NCBI RefSeq assembly: GCF_001194135.2
Contig: NC_068991.1
Location: 9,703,141 to 9,767,140 of the forward strand
DNA: 64,000 nucleotides
DNA from: Octopus bimaculoides
Taxonomy: Eukaryota
Reading direction: 5' to 3'
Position 1 is the first letter of the stretch. Each line of letters starts with the position of its first letter. The notes under the pieces are model-generated. The model ran no database searches, had not been told where the DNA came from, and saw only the letters and a program-made list of their open reading frames with translations. Positions 50,001 through 64,000 of this stretch are shown in pieces. The position numbers were made by a program, and so were the translations under genes.

Positions 50001-53000
50001 AACCACTGAATCACTGTTGAAGATATTTACTGCTCTAAGCAGCATCACATGTCATCCTCAACAAATGACTTGTTGTTCTGTTTGTTTGTATGATTCATGG
50101 TTGATTTCATCACATCGTGCTACAGCAATTTCCTCATCCAGAAACTACTCAAAAATTGAATGGCTCAAGCGGACGATTGAAGGAGGTGAAAATATGGCTT
50201 AGTTCTTTTCTATTCTAGGCCTGAAATTATGGAGGGAGGGAGGGAGGGGCAGTCGATTAGATCTATCCTCAGTATGCAACTGGTACTTAATTTATTGACC
50301 CCCGAAAGGATGAAAGGCAAAGTTGATCTTAGCGAAATTTGAACTTAGAACGTAAAGACACATGAAATACCACTAAGCATTTCGACCAGTATTCTAACGT
50401 AGAAGATACTTGCCCAAAGTGCCATGGAATGAAAACTTTTTGTCATAGAACCAGAAATGGTCTAAGGCAGGTTAGTATCAAAAGCGTTAAATGTTTCCAG
50501 TATAACAGATTCCACCAAATACACCCAAGGACCATTGTGGTGGTGCTAAACCTAGTGAAGGGTTAACTCTACCTGCTACTCATGAATAGGTCATCAAATG
50601 GGTTTCCAAATAGTTTGTGTAAATCAAATTTTTTTTCACAAGACTTTCATAGCCGAAAGACTATAGCAGAATATCCCCCCCTCCCAATGCATTGTGCAGT
50701 GGAATTTAACTGGAAGTTAAGTGATTTTGAAGAGAATTTCTGAGTCACACATAGAGCTTTACCTGCATCTCATTTTGTCTTTATCTGAGATAACTAAATA
50801 AAATTAATGTTTAAAATGACTAGAGTAATCACCATGTCTGCTAAACATACAAACAGACCTCAGCTGGAGCAAGCAAATGGTGCATGTGCCTGGTTAACCT
50901 TTATCAGACAGGTTGTCATGGTGAGTAAAATGGGTGTCATATATTTGTACCCAGTCCCACTTTGATGGCATGCATTGCTCTAAAAAAAAAAAAATCAAAC
51001 TGATAACAAAATAAATTTGTAGTGTTGTTGTTCTTGTTGTTGTAGAGTGGTTGTTGTAGATTTGTCACTGTGTTGCTGTTGCCCCACCACCACCACCACC
51101 ACCACTTATGCCTTACTTTTCTTGGACTTTGTTAAGAATAGTAAATATTCTCTGATTTCTAATATCGGATTGGATTGGATTGCCGATGTCCAGTTCACTG
51201 CAAGACAAAGTCCTGAGCATGTTCTCTCTACCAAATATGGTGTCTGATGCGGAGACTGAATTTTAGCTTGAGATCCTACTGGTTTGATGAAGCCTACTCT
51301 GCCACACTGGCCCAACATGACTTGGCAGCTTTGGGTGGGGTGCAGTTTTTATACTCTTATCAGAGAGTATTTAAGCCAATTATACTGACCCCAGTACTCA
51401 ACTGGTACTTATTTCATTGACCCAGAAAGGATGAAAGGCAAAGTTGACCTCAGCGAAATTTGAACTCAGAACATAAAGATAGACACAATATCACTAAGCA
51501 CTTTACCCAGTGTTATTTCTTTACTGCCCACAAGGGGCTACACACAGCGGGGACAAACAAGGACAGACAAATGGATTAAGTCGATTTTATCGATCCCAGT
51601 GCGTAACTGTTACTTATTTAATCAACCCCTAAAGAACGAAAGGCAAAGTCGACCTTGGTGGAATTTGAACTCAGAACGTAGCGGCAGACGAAATACCGCT
51701 AAGCATTTCGCCTGGCGTGCTAACGTTTCTGCCAGCTCACTGCCTTTACCCAGTGTGCTAACAATTCTGCTAGTTTGTTGCCTTTTCTGATTTCTTATAT
51801 TAACAACAACAACAACAATAAATCAGTGAACAGTTGTGTTAATCAATGCGGTTGAGCAAACTTGTAATCTAATAAAAATTCGCCAGTTCTCTTCTATAAT
51901 AATGGATTTTGTTTCTTAAATCTGTTTAATACTGTTTGTAATCATTAACCAAATGATCATAACAAGAAGTCTTGTTGTTCTGATATTACTTTTAGAATTT
52001 CTTATAATTTTGTAAACTAATTCTGAGACTGGAAACCAAAATAAAATTTGGGGGAGGGGATGGGACAGAGAAAGAGAGAGAAAGAAAGAAAGAGAGAGTG
52101 ATCTCACAAAATTAAAATCTTGTTCCTTATTCAATTATTAGAAATAACTCTGTTCTAATATTCAAGACACACCATGTTGTAGAACACACACATTTTAGCT
52201 TTTTCCATTACCATATTTCCAATGTAACACACTGTCTACGCATTTCAATTAATTTTGAAAATAATAAAGAATCAGTGTGGATTAGTAAAAATAATTAACT
52301 TTTTCACAATTAAGACAGTGTTTGGTGCATAATTGAACAAAAGATTTTTACATAAAATGATAGATGGAAAATTTTCAGTTTAAATATTAACACTATAAAA
52401 TGTGGAGTCTGCAATAACAAATGCCACAGAGTTGGTCTCAGACAGGTAAGTATCAAAAAAGTGAAATACACTGAGTATCAGTCCAGACATATCTTGAACC
52501 CAGCATGAAATTGGTCCACAAATATTTCAGGTGCAGGAGTGGCTATGTGGTATGAAGCTTGCTTCCCAAGTACATGGTTCCAGGTTCAGTCCAACTGCGT
52601 GGCACCTTGGGCAAGTGTTTTCTCCTATAGCCTTGGGTCGACCAAAGCCTTGTGAGTGAATTCGGTAGACGGAAGCTGAAAGAAGCTTGTTGTATATATA
52701 TATATATATATANNNNNNNNNNNNNNNNNNNNNNNNNNNNNNNNNNNNNNNNNNNNNNNNNNNNNNNNNNNNNNNNNNNNNNNNNNNNNNNNNNNNNNNN
52801 NNNNNNNNNNNNNNNNNNNNNNNNNNNNNNNNNNNNNNNNNNNNNNNNNNNNNNNNNNNNNNNNNNNNNNNNNNNNNNNNNNNNNNNNNNNNNNNNNNNN
52901 NNNNNNNNNNNNNNNNNNNNNNNNNNNNNNNNNNNNNNNNNNNNNNNNNNNNNNNNNNNNNNNNNNNNNNNNNNNNNNNNNNNNNNNNNNNNNNNNNNNN

Positions 53001-53688
53001 NNNNNNNNNNNNNNNNNNNNNNNNNNNNNNNNNNNNNNNNNNNNNNNNNNNNNNNNNNNNNNNNNNNNNNNNNNNNNNNNNNNNNNNNNNNNNNNNNNNN
53101 NNNNNNNNNNNNNNNNNNNNNNNNNNNNNNNNNNNNNNNNNNNNNNNNNNNNNNNNNNNNNNNNNNNNNNNNNNNNNNNNNNNNNNNNNNNNNNNNNNNN
53201 NNNNNNNNNNNNNNNNNNNNNNNNNNNNNNNNNNNNNNNNNNNNNNNNNNNNNNNNNNNNNNNNNNNNNNNNNNNNNNNNNNNNNNNNNNNNNNNNNNNN
53301 NNNNNNNNNNNNNNNNNNNNNNNNNNNNNNNNNNNNNNNNNNNNNNNNNNNNNNNNNNNNNNNNNNNNNNNNNNNNNNNNNNNNNNNNNNNNNNNNNNNN
53401 NNNNNNNNNNNNNNNNNNNNNNNNNNNNNNNNNNNNNNNNNNNNNNNNNNNNNNNNNNNNNNNNNNNNNNNNNNNNNNNNNNNNNNNNNNNNNNNNNNNN
53501 NNNNNNNNNNNNNNNNNNNNNNNNNNNNNNNNNNNNNNNNNNNNNNNNNNNNNNATCCCTGTATATTTATAATGATAAATAGTTTTACCGATAAAGGTTT
53601 TTTTCATACTGAACTACTTGGCAGAATTGTTAATTATTAATTCTATTATTAATTGACGATTCTCTGCCCTTATTCTTGTATATTCTTG

Positions 53689-53722
<34 letters not shown>

Positions 53723-54903
53723 TTTGCATCTGTCCACCCCAACACCATCGCTCGACAACCGATGTTGGTGTGTTCGGCAAAAGAGACTGATAGGATACAT
53801 ACCAGGCTTACAAAGAATAAGTCCTGGGATCGATTTGCTCGACTAAAGGCGGTGCTCCAGCATGGCTGCAGTCAAATGACTGAAACGAGTAAAAGACGAT
53901 AGTACTGTGTATCAGTACAAACATTTTAATTGCACTATATAGTATCGGTACTTGCATTGTTTAAATCTATTATATGCAATAAGTGGCATCGTATATACAA
54001 GCATAGACATACATGTGCACACGCAGACACAAACACATACACATGTACAGAGTATTTAAACTATTCTAAAATTTCCACAGAATACACTTCTTTTGGAATA
54101 ATCAATGAATTCAGCTGAAATTCATTATATTGTTTGGTTTATTTGAGATATTCGTTCCATTTGGAATGGAAACCAGACTCATGTTATTATAAAAGAACTA
54201 ATTTTTTAGTTGAAGAGGGGGAGTATTTTTTTTTTTTTTTTGCTTTTGGTGTGCAGCTTTATATATTTATTTCTTTATTTTTTTTCAATCCAGCTAGGAT
54301 AATCTCAAATCATTCAAGCTTTGAAATTTAATCCCTGATATTATGGAAGTGCTTGCTTCTAACTAAGATGGTTAAAAAAGAGAAAAAAAAGAAGAAAAGA
54401 AAACCTATTCCATTTCTTCTTTTTCTTGAAATTTTAATGTTTACAAACAAAATTCACATTTAAGCATTTTCGAAAAGGAAATTGAATTTTTTTTCTTTTT
54501 TTAAATGATAAAAAGAAAAAAGGTTAGATCTGGGTTGTGTGGTAAGAAGCTTGCTTCCCAACTGCATGGTTCTGGGTTCAGTCCCACTGCATGGTGCCGT
54601 GGGCAAGTGCCTTCTATTATGAGCCTCAGACTGATCACCGGTATCTGCCATGACTGTGATTTTGCTCGGCTTGATGGGTCTTCTTCTCAAGCACAAGATA
54701 ATGCCAAAGGTCTCGGTCATTGCCTCCATGAGGCCCAACACTCGAAAGGAACTCGGCCACTTTGCCTCCATGGGGCCCAACGCTTGAAAGGAACTGGAAA
54801 GGCAAAGTTGACCTTGGCGGAATTTGAACCTAGAACATAAAGACAGATGAAATACCACGAAGCATTCTGCCTGGCATACTAACGTTTCTGCCAGCTCGCC
54901 GTC

Positions 54904-54940
<37 letters not shown>

Positions 54941-54941
<1 letters not shown>

Positions 54942-55200
54942 GAAAAACAGCAAAGTACCAGAACCTAGTCATTGAATAACAGAGACTATGGGAAGTGTGG
55001 GTAAAATGTATCCCAGTAGTTTTAGGTGCATTAGGAACTATCCCTAAAGATTTGAACAGATGGATAGAGGAAATAGGCATAAAACCCAATTTAATTCAGC
55101 TTCAGAAAACAGTGTTATTAGAGACAGCTAAGATACTTAGGAAGGTTCTTGGCATCTAAAGTTACTTGTTGTAGCCAGATGTTAGGAATCTCTCTTTTCT
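54941..55200 (+). mobile_element. Short 3' fragment of an RLE-type non-LTR retrotransposon
   Basis: The plus strand reads KYQNLVIE*QRLWEVWVKCIPVVLGALGTIPKDL...LQKTVLLETAKILRKVLGI*. Confidence 0.8.
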
Positions 55201-57312
55201 AACAGTCTAATTTGTTGTGTGTGTATATGAATAATGATAATGAGCTTAACAAGATTTTCCATTCACAGCAAATATGGGGCATTAATAATTTACATAGTGA
55301 TACAAGATGACTATAATGTTGAGTGGGTGTAAGCTGAGAAGAGACAATGTTGTATATACATAAGTGTGTGTGTGTGTGTGCATGTGTGTATGGTGTTGGG
55401 TAAAGATGGCTCATATGTCCAAATTCCTTCTCTTGAACTTCAAAACAAACTCTCCCACCAATTCATGATGACTTGCTAATTAAGGTCAAATACATTTTTT
55501 GATTATCTGAAAGCATATCAGAAAACAATTTAAACAATTATGAATCATTTCTCTCCAATATGCTGATGTGGACAGTTGGTAGAAATGACTAAACGAAACC
55601 TTGTTGCAAATAACATCTAATCATCTACCTTACACATGATAAACACACACACACACACACACACAGACATACACTAAATGCACTTACATTGATTTCCAGT
55701 TTTCTGTGGCATCAAGAGAATATTACCATTTCTTGAAAATAGTTGAGGGTTAATGACAGAAAGGGCATCCAGCTGTAGAAAATTTGCCTCAACACAACCT
55801 CTGACCCATGCAAGCATGAAAAGTGGGCATTAAATCAATGATGATGATATGGTGGTCAACATATTAAACATCTTGACTCCACATATAAAGTTGTGGAATC
55901 AAGATATTAAAATATTTTAAAGTTACAATGGTTAAGATACTGAAATATTGTAAATAGTTCAAAGTGTTATTATTGACCGTCAAGTGCCACTCATAAACAT
56001 TTCGTAATTATTTCCTACATTGGCACAAAATCAAGAACTGCCCAAGAGGAAAATTTATTGAATTCCTAGTATATATTTATTTAACACTTGAAGAACAAGA
56101 CAAGAGAGGTCTATATACATTGTTGCTCAAATTGCTTGAAATAGCAGTGAACGTACTCTTAATCTTTTAGCATTTAAACTAACCATATCCAGCCCAAATA
56201 TTCTACCCATTTTTTGTTCAAAATGGCTAGATTTGGCCTCTCATGCCTACCCGACAATGTCAGAGGCGCATGGCTTTGCGGTTAGGGTGTTGGACTCTTG
56301 ATAGTAAGATTTTGGTTTCGATTCCTGGACCTGGTGATGTGTTGTGTTCTTGAGCAAAACACTTCATTTTACGTTACTCCAGTCCACTGAACTGGCTAAA
56401 ATGAGCAATCCTGCGATGGACAGGCATCCTATCCAAGTGGGGAATATACACGCCTGGGCAACTGAAAAATCAGCCCTTATGAGTCAGCATGACTCTAAAA
56501 GGAAGCCTTTAACCTTTAACTAATTTTACAATGTCATTCTAAAAAATTGCTGAACTGCTAAGTTACGGAGAGGTAAACACACCGACACCGGTTATCAAGA
56601 GGTACAGAGGGACAAACACAGACACACACACACAAAAATACATAATGGGTTTCTTTCAGTTTCCACCTACCAAAATCCACTCACAGGGCTTTGATCAGCC
56701 TGAAGCTATAGTAGAAGACACTAATCCAAGGTGCCATGCAGTGGGACTGAACCTGGAACCATGTGATTGGGAAGCAAACTTCTTACCACACAGCCACGAA
56801 AATAACTAAAAAAAAAATATGAAGATGTGAATATGCATAAATAAATGATTGATTGAAAATTGATGTTGAGATTTTTCCAAGAGAAGAGATTTATTATACA
56901 TAACATGCCAAAAATTGAACACAACACACACACATACTCAAATATATATATATATGCACGACCTGGTTTTTCTACTGAGTTTTAGAGATAGAAGATCAAA
57001 TATACTGACCAGATTGCAATGGTGTAAGATTTTGTAGTCAAGTGATTAATTCATTTATAAATAGTGAGGAAACATTTTCATGCTAAAATTTCTAGATGCT
57101 ATATGATATTTAGTTATCTTTCGTTAAATTCTGAGAATAAATCCTGCTGAAATTTATTATATCTTTATCTTCTCTAATGTTGAAAAAATAAGTACCTGTC
57201 ATATACTGGGGTTTACTATTAATTACCAATGCCCTTTCTCAATAAGTTTGTAGCCTTGGCAAAACCATTAGAGCATCAGAAAAAAATTGTTTGGTAGTAT
57301 TTTTGTTGGTAC

Positions 57313-57705
57313 TCTCTTTTTACTCTTTTACTTGTTTCAGTCATTTGACTGCGGCCATGCTGGAGCACCGCCTTTAGTTGAGCAATTCGACCCCAGGACT
57401 TATTCTTTTGTAAGCCTAGTACTTATTCTATCGGTCTCTTTTTACCGAACCGCTACGTTACGTGGACATAAACACACCAGCATCGGTTGTCAAGTGATGG
57501 TGGGGGACAAACACAGACACACAAACACATATATATATACAACGTGCTTCTTTCAGTTTCCGTCTACCAAATCCACTCACAAGGCTTTGGTCAGCCCGAG
57601 GCTATCGTAGAAGACACTTGCCCAAGGTGCCACGCAGTGGGACTGAACCCGAAACCATGTGGTTGGTAAGCGAGCTACTTACCACACAGCCACTCCTGCG
57701 CCTAT
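57313..57705 (-). mobile_element. SINE family A, full-length young copy
   Basis: Reverse complement of the 62291-62676 element, with most CpGs retained. Confidence 0.85.
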
Positions 57706-58740
57706 TATACATTCTGATGATAGGATGTGCTGGGTCAGGGTATATTAGATATATAATCCTAGGTATACTGTGTCTGAATAAAAAAAAAAAAATGGGATGG
57801 TCTTGTCAGGAATGTCTCTGATGACAGGTCTGCTGGATCAAGGTTGACCTGGGGCTAAACAAGAACAAAGTTGGCTACATTTGACATTAGATAATATAGT
57901 CTTGGATATACTACATCTGAATAAAAGATGGGATGCTGACAACCAGAGCATCTTTGATGATGGGTTTCCTGAATCAAGGACGATCTAGGGCTGAACAACA
58001 ACGGCAGCGATGACGATGACGATGGTGATGACAGAGATGCCATCAACGTCAGCAACAAGTGAAATGTCACTAGGTCACAGGTATAAAATAGTTTATGGCA
58101 GATAAAAGTAAATATTTTTCAAAAAAAAAAAAAAAAATCCTTTGTAAATTCAAGTAAATTTATAGTCTTCAGTTTGTTTCCATTGAGACAGGACACATCG
58201 TAGAGAAGACAACAGAATATAATGATGGTATCATGACCTTATTAAAGGTCTGTGATGACACACACGCACACACACACTATGCCACACAAGCAGACAGAAA
58301 TGCACGCACAGAAGTGGTTATGTAGTGTGGTAATGTTGACAGAGAGTAATCATGTTGGTGAAGTGAGAGAAGAGATTCAATACCAGTTTATATAACTGAT
58401 ATTTCCCTGTGTGCCTGACTGTAGTCACATTTCCTGTCTGTTCGCCTACTGTCAAGTTTCCTGTCTGTCCACACACACACGCACACACCTACGCAGGCAC
58501 ACATACAAACACATCAGTTTCGTATTTGCTAAATGTTAGACAAGTTGAATAAGGTAGCAAGGGGATGGAGGAAATTAAAAACAAAAAAAAAACTGAGCCA
58601 TTAGCTTTCCAACTTAACATATGACAAGAATCCGCGTAGGAAAATATTACATAATTCATCTTAAGGAAGAGAGAAAACTAAGTTGCATGTTATTGCTTTT
58701 GTTTAGTTCTCAGGACAGCTCTGATCCAACACAACACTAT

Positions 58741-59122
58741 GGCACTCCGTCGGTTGCGACGACGAGGGTTTCAGTTGGTCCAATCAACGGAACAGCCTGC
58801 TCGTGAAATTAACGTGCAATTGGCTGAGCACTCCACAGACACATGTACCCTTAACGTAGTTCTTGGGGAGATTCAGCGTCACACAGTGTGACAAGGCTGG
58901 CCCTTCGAAATACAGGTACAGCAGAAACAGGAAGTAAGAGTGAGAGATTGTTGTGGTGAAAGAGTACAGCAGGGTTCACCACCATCCCCCTGCCGGAGCC
59001 TCGTGGAGCTTTAAGTGTTTTCGCTCAATAAACACTCACAGTGCTTGGTTTGGGTATCGAAACCGCGATCCTACGACCGCCTGTCTGCTGTCCTAACCAG
59101 TGGGCCATTGCGCTGCCACACA
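58741..59122 (-). mobile_element. SINE family C, full length with a 10-bp TSD
   Basis: TSD ACAACACTAT at 58731-58740 and 59123-59132; A/B-box-like head on the minus strand; partial copies at about 27380-27600, 34950-35150 and 45010-45285. Confidence 0.85.
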
Positions 59123-61384
59123 ACAACACTATAGACAAGGTGAAGGCAAGCTGACAGAATTTTGAAGACATTAAACATTATGATGAGTAGTATGACTGAG
59201 TCAGACAAATGAGCATAATCAGATGATGTCATGGCACTCTGAAGGACATATGAATGAATTATTTCAATGTAGAGGATTCACTTAACTTCACTCTAAAATT
59301 TCGTGAGAGTTCTAGCATTCACAAGATTGTGACAACAAACTTGTCAGGTTTGGTCATACTTCAATACACAAAACTATGAATGATATCATAACCAGACTGT
59401 GAATGTGTGCTTGTATGCATAATTATGTGAGTGCATGTGTAGTGTATGTGTGTGCGTGTGTAAATGTGTGCTTGTACATGTGTTCGCTTGTATGTGTCAG
59501 ACAAGGATTATCATATGCAAGATGAGTAGGATTAGACAATATCTTCAACTATGCTTTATTCAATTTTTTACTGACTACACATTGGTTTTAAATTATGACA
59601 TAAGGTCAGCAATTTCAGGGGAGCATGTAATTCAATTACATCAACCCCAGTGTACAACTGGTACTTATTTCATCAACCCTGAAAGGATGAAAGGCAAAGT
59701 CGACCTCCGAATGTGAAGTCAGAAGAAATTCCACTTTTACCAGCACAGTAATGACTGCCAGTTCGCCATCTTGTCCACATCAGCATATTGCAAAGAAACA
59801 ATTCATAATTGTTTAAATTGGTAGAATTTCGGAGAAAATGCATAGCAGCATTTCTTGAGGGTCTTTTTATGTTCAAAGTTCAAATTCCATCAAAGTCTAC
59901 TTTGCCTTTCATCCTTTTGGAAATGGTAAAATGAAGTGGCAATCAAGAACTGAGGTAAATGGTATGAAATGATTCCCTTTGCTCAAATTTGCTGGCCTTG
60001 TACATCCATGACTCCTACATCAATTTAAGGAGCAGGTTGGAAATGACCCCTTTTCTAATGTTCTTTTTTGTTATTAAGACAGTGGTGCGTAATTTGAGGG
60101 AAATTTGGCACTATCTCTAGCAAATCAAACAACAATGTAGAGTAGTTTTGGGGAACTTTTTGACAGCATTTAAATTTGAAATCACCCATGGATGAAAGGC
60201 AAAAAACCGAAACCTTATAACCGAAACAGTAATTTTATAAAACTTGCTTTTAACAATCCATAAAGCCATAAAATAAATTCTTGCTAGCCATAGTGCTTAT
60301 CTTGTGACAACACTTATGAGTCACAAGACACAAATTAATGACATAAAAGTCACATCCGTCGTTGTAGTCATTGTCGTCGTCGTTTAATGTCCATGTTTCA
60401 CGCTGGCATGGGTTGGACATTTTGACAAGATCCAATAGGCTCAATTGCTACATCATGTTCCAGTGTCTGCTTTGGCATGATTTCTATAACTAGATGTCCT
60501 TCCTAATGCCAACTACTTTCTGGCATATACTGGGTGAGGTCACCATGCAGTGTAGTCTTGAAAACTGCTCAGTAGTATCGGTGGCATGAATAAAGCCCCT
60601 GTACAAGCTAGCATATGTCCCTATCTTTTAAAAAAACATCCTTCATTTCCAAGCGTTTATTCTGTCTTATAGGTTGTGTTATTGGTGATAAATAATCTGT
60701 GAGAATTTAAGACATTTATGGGTGAGTTATTAGTCGTGTCATTAAAAGTACAATCATTTTGAATGCTGCCAACATTTACAGTTCGTTCATCTATTTTTAT
60801 TAAAGACTTTCGATCAATATTGTAATGCTAATAAAAGAAAAAAACAGTTGCTGGCTGGAAGTTATTTCTTCAATGAAAAGTGTACTTATAAAGACATAGA
60901 CAGAGCAGGAACCAGGAAGTAGATATAAACCGAACCAGGAATCAAATGTGGAGCAAGGTGAATGGAACTGGATCAATATACGACTAAAGTAAAGGCGGCA
61001 AGCTGAGCAGAATCGTTTGCACGCTGGGGGAGATGCTTAGTGGCAGTTCGTCCGTTTTTTATGTTCTGAGTTCAAATTCTGCCGCAATCAGCTTTGCCTT
61101 TCATCCTATCTGAATTGATAAAATAAGTACCAGTTGAACATTGGAGTCGATGTAATCAACTAAGCCTCCTCCCGCCAAAATTGCTGGCCTTGTGCCAGAA
61201 TTTGAAACCAATATACAACTAAAGTTGTATTATCATGTTGATGATAATGATGGTGATTAAAGCAGTTTGTATTTTTTTCACTTCAATCACATCAACATAA
61301 ACAAGGTTTATAATATCGACACAGGACTAGACATTTGAAATGCTTGCCTTCAGCAAATTTCAAAAAAATAGAATAGAAAATAAG

Positions 61385-61663
61385 CATAGATGGATGAATG
61401 GGTGGATGAATAGATAAACAGATAGACAGATAGATGGATAGGCAGACAAACAGAGGGACAGCTGGATGGACAGACAGATAGATAGACTGACAAACAGATA
61501 GTTATACTGACAAATAGAGAAACAAGCTGACAGACAGACAGACAGATAGACAGATAGAAACATTGAAATGGAAATTAATAATTAGGGGAAGGTTAGGGAA
61601 TTTTAGGGGAAGGTTTAATATATAAAAATCTCCAATTTAAAAACATTTGGGATAGATAGAAAG

Positions 61664-61714
<51 letters not shown>

Positions 61715-62040
61715 GATAAATAGATAGATATAGATAGATAGATAGATATAGATAGATAGATAGATATAGAGGGATAGATAGATAGACAGAAACATTGAAA
61801 AGAAAATTAATAATTCAGGGGAAGGTCAGGATGGGGCAGTTAAAGTTCTTTATTTAAAACTCCAATTTAAAACCATTTTGGACAGATAGAGAGAGAGAGA
61901 GAGAAAGAAAAAAAGAGAGAGAGAGAAAGAGAGAGTGAGTGAGAGAGAGAGAGAGAGACAGACAGATAGACAAAGGGAAAGAAAAAAGAAAAGAAAGAGG
62001 AATGAGGAACAGAAAGAGACGAAGGCGAGAGAACAAGAAG
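61385..62040. repeat. (GATA)/(GACA) tetranucleotide and (GA) microsatellites
   Basis: Read directly from the sequence. Confidence 0.93.
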
Positions 62041-62290
62041 AAGTATTAGCAAATTAATTAGTGGAGGTTGAAAAACGAAATTTAAAAATTAAAAAAAAAA
62101 ACTGAAAAATGAAGAAGAGCTAAATGTAAGTTGATTTATGTAGAAAGTCTGACCTAATTACAAAAGAGATTTGAGTTATTTAGGCCATCGTCTATAAACA
62201 AGGGTGCTGGTGGCGAGGACATATTGCATGCTGATAGAAACAAACAATATTATATTACATTACATTATATTATATATATTTTTGTCTTCA

Positions 62291-62676
62291 TAGGCGCAGG
62301 AGTGGCTGTGTGGTAAGTAGCTTGCTTACTAACCACATGGTCTCGGGTTCATTCCCACTGCGTGGAACCTTGGGCAAGTGTCTTCTACTATAGCCTTGGG
62401 CCAACCAAAGCCTTGTGAGTGGATTTGGTAGACGGAAACTGAAAGAAGCCTGACGTATATATGTATGTGTGTGTGTGTTTGGGTGTCTGTGTTTGTTCCC
62501 CCAACATCGCTTGACAACTGATGGTGGTGTGTTTACGTCCCTGTAACTTAGTGGTTCGGCAAAAGTGATCGATAGAATAAGTACTAGGCTTGCAAAGAAT
62601 AAGTCGATTTGCTCGACTAAAAAAGGCGGTGCTCCAGCATGGCCGCAGTCAAATGGCTGAAACAAGTAAAAGAGTA
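62291..62676 (+). mobile_element. SINE family A (tRNA-like head, CCTTGGGCAAGT CORE-like segment, internal TA/TG microsatellite), full length
   Basis: Similar copies on either strand at about 9465-9780, 10345-10500, 30815-31170, 40065-40460, 46450-46860, 49365-49650, 52530-52690, 56545-56800, 57313-57705, 62690-62960 and 63676-64000. Confidence 0.85.
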
Positions 62677-64000
62677 ATCTTTTTCTAGTTTCAGTCATTT
62701 GACTACGGCCATTCTTGGGCACCGCCTTGAAGAATATTAATTGAACAAATCAACCCTCAGTACTTATTGTATATAGATATATACATACAAATATATATGG
62801 TGGGCTGCTTGAGTTTCTGTCTGGCAAATCCACTCACAAAGCTTTGGTCAGCCTGGGGCTATAGTACAAAAATCCCTGGTCAAGGTGTCACACTGGGACT
62901 GAACTTGAAATCATTTAGTTAGGAAGCAAACCCTTTAACCACATAGCCATGTCTGCACCTAATACACACACATGCAGGGTGTAAAAGGAGTGGGGTGATT
63001 CAGCCACCACTTCAGTCTTGGTGTGGAGAGTCAAGAAGGGGCGGGGCTTTCTCAGGTTCTGAAAGCAATCTTCTTTTGCCTGGTCAAATATTTCTTGGAG
63101 GCCCTGTATACACACACACACACACACACACACATATAAACAAAACATTGGCTGACTCCTGTGAAGGTGGCACATAAAAAACACCATTTGAGCGTGGCCG
63201 TAGCCAGTACTGCTGGACTGGCCCTCGTGCTGGTGGCATGTAAAAAGCACCCTTGTGGGCAATAAAGAGACATATAGAAGACAATGTAAACCAAGTCATA
63301 CTTATCATTGATTGACCTGTGATAATATGGGGTAGCGATCAGCTGAAGATTTTGCTTGTAAAGTAAAAATGTACCCCAGCAATCACCCACAATGTTCAGT
63401 TACCCAGAATGCAGTAAGTATTGCTTGTGTTTACATGACCATAACTGCAAGGCTGTGTATTTTTAATATGGATTTATATACTCAAAATGGGATCAGTGAA
63501 TATAAGAGATATGAAAACACCTTATCCTAACAAACGATGCAGATGAGTTTATTTTCCACAGGAAAAGGTAGATAAGATCAAAGAAAGGTCTGCTGCTATG
63601 TGTCCCAAGTCTGGTGTCCATGAATCTTCCATTCATTCCAATCACAAAGTTTGTGGAAATGATTCACTTATCATTCTTTTACTCTTTTACTTGTTTCAGT
63701 CATTTGACTGCGGCCATGCTGGAGCACCGCCTTTAGTCGAGCAGATCGACCCCAGGACTTATTCTTTGGAAGCCTAGTACTTATTCTGTCAGTCTCTTTT
63801 GCCAAACCGCTAAGTTACGGGGACGAAAACACACCAGCATCGGTTGTCAAGCGATGTTGGGGGGACAAACACAGACACACAAACATACACACACACACAC
63901 ATATATATATATACATATATACGACGGGCTTCTTTCAGTTTCCGTCTACCAAATCCACTCACAAGGCTTTGGTTGGCCCGAGGCTACAGTAGAAGACACT

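Noticed and set aside
42871-64000. Further 5' exons of the receptor, including candidates at about 42940-43155, 45750-46010 and 47700-47820
   Set aside because: The candidates have in-frame stops, lack paired splice sites or show no domain signal. The real exons may be in the gaps at 44397-45008 or 52713-53554, or beyond the window.

Overview
This is AT-rich, microsatellite- and SINE-dense animal DNA from a gapped draft scaffold with 10 N-gaps. The repeat landscape suggests an Octopus genome, but that is inference. I see no prokaryotic features, CRISPR arrays, rRNA or genuine tRNA genes. Two spliced genes could be rebuilt by hand, and most exons are invisible or only partly visible in the ORF track. 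(1) Adenylosuccinate synthetase (ADSS) on the + strand: 12 coding exons from 6678 to the stop at 33285 (1170 nt, 389 aa plus stop), all GT-AG and in frame. The first coding exon (QWGDEGKG) was not found and is probably upstream of the window. (2) A convergent - strand type-I membrane protein: an Ig-like exon (42870-42568), an LDLa exon (41086-40961) and a TM/cytoplasmic exon (39980 into the gap at 39567). Its TM region and tail motif NVNNGVQY resemble vertebrate LDLRAD3, and it carries a PPxY motif. Its N- and C-terminal exons are not visible. The rest is at least five SINE-like families, decayed RTE-type and RLE-type (R4/Dong-like) LINE fragments, several MITEs with visible TIRs/TSDs, mini- and microsatellites, a ~290-bp intronic inverted repeat and one assembly-artefact duplication. 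The best leads are the Ig+LDLa LDLRAD3-like receptor and three RLE-LINE fragments that all abut (AAT)n tracts. I found no clearly new multi-gene system.
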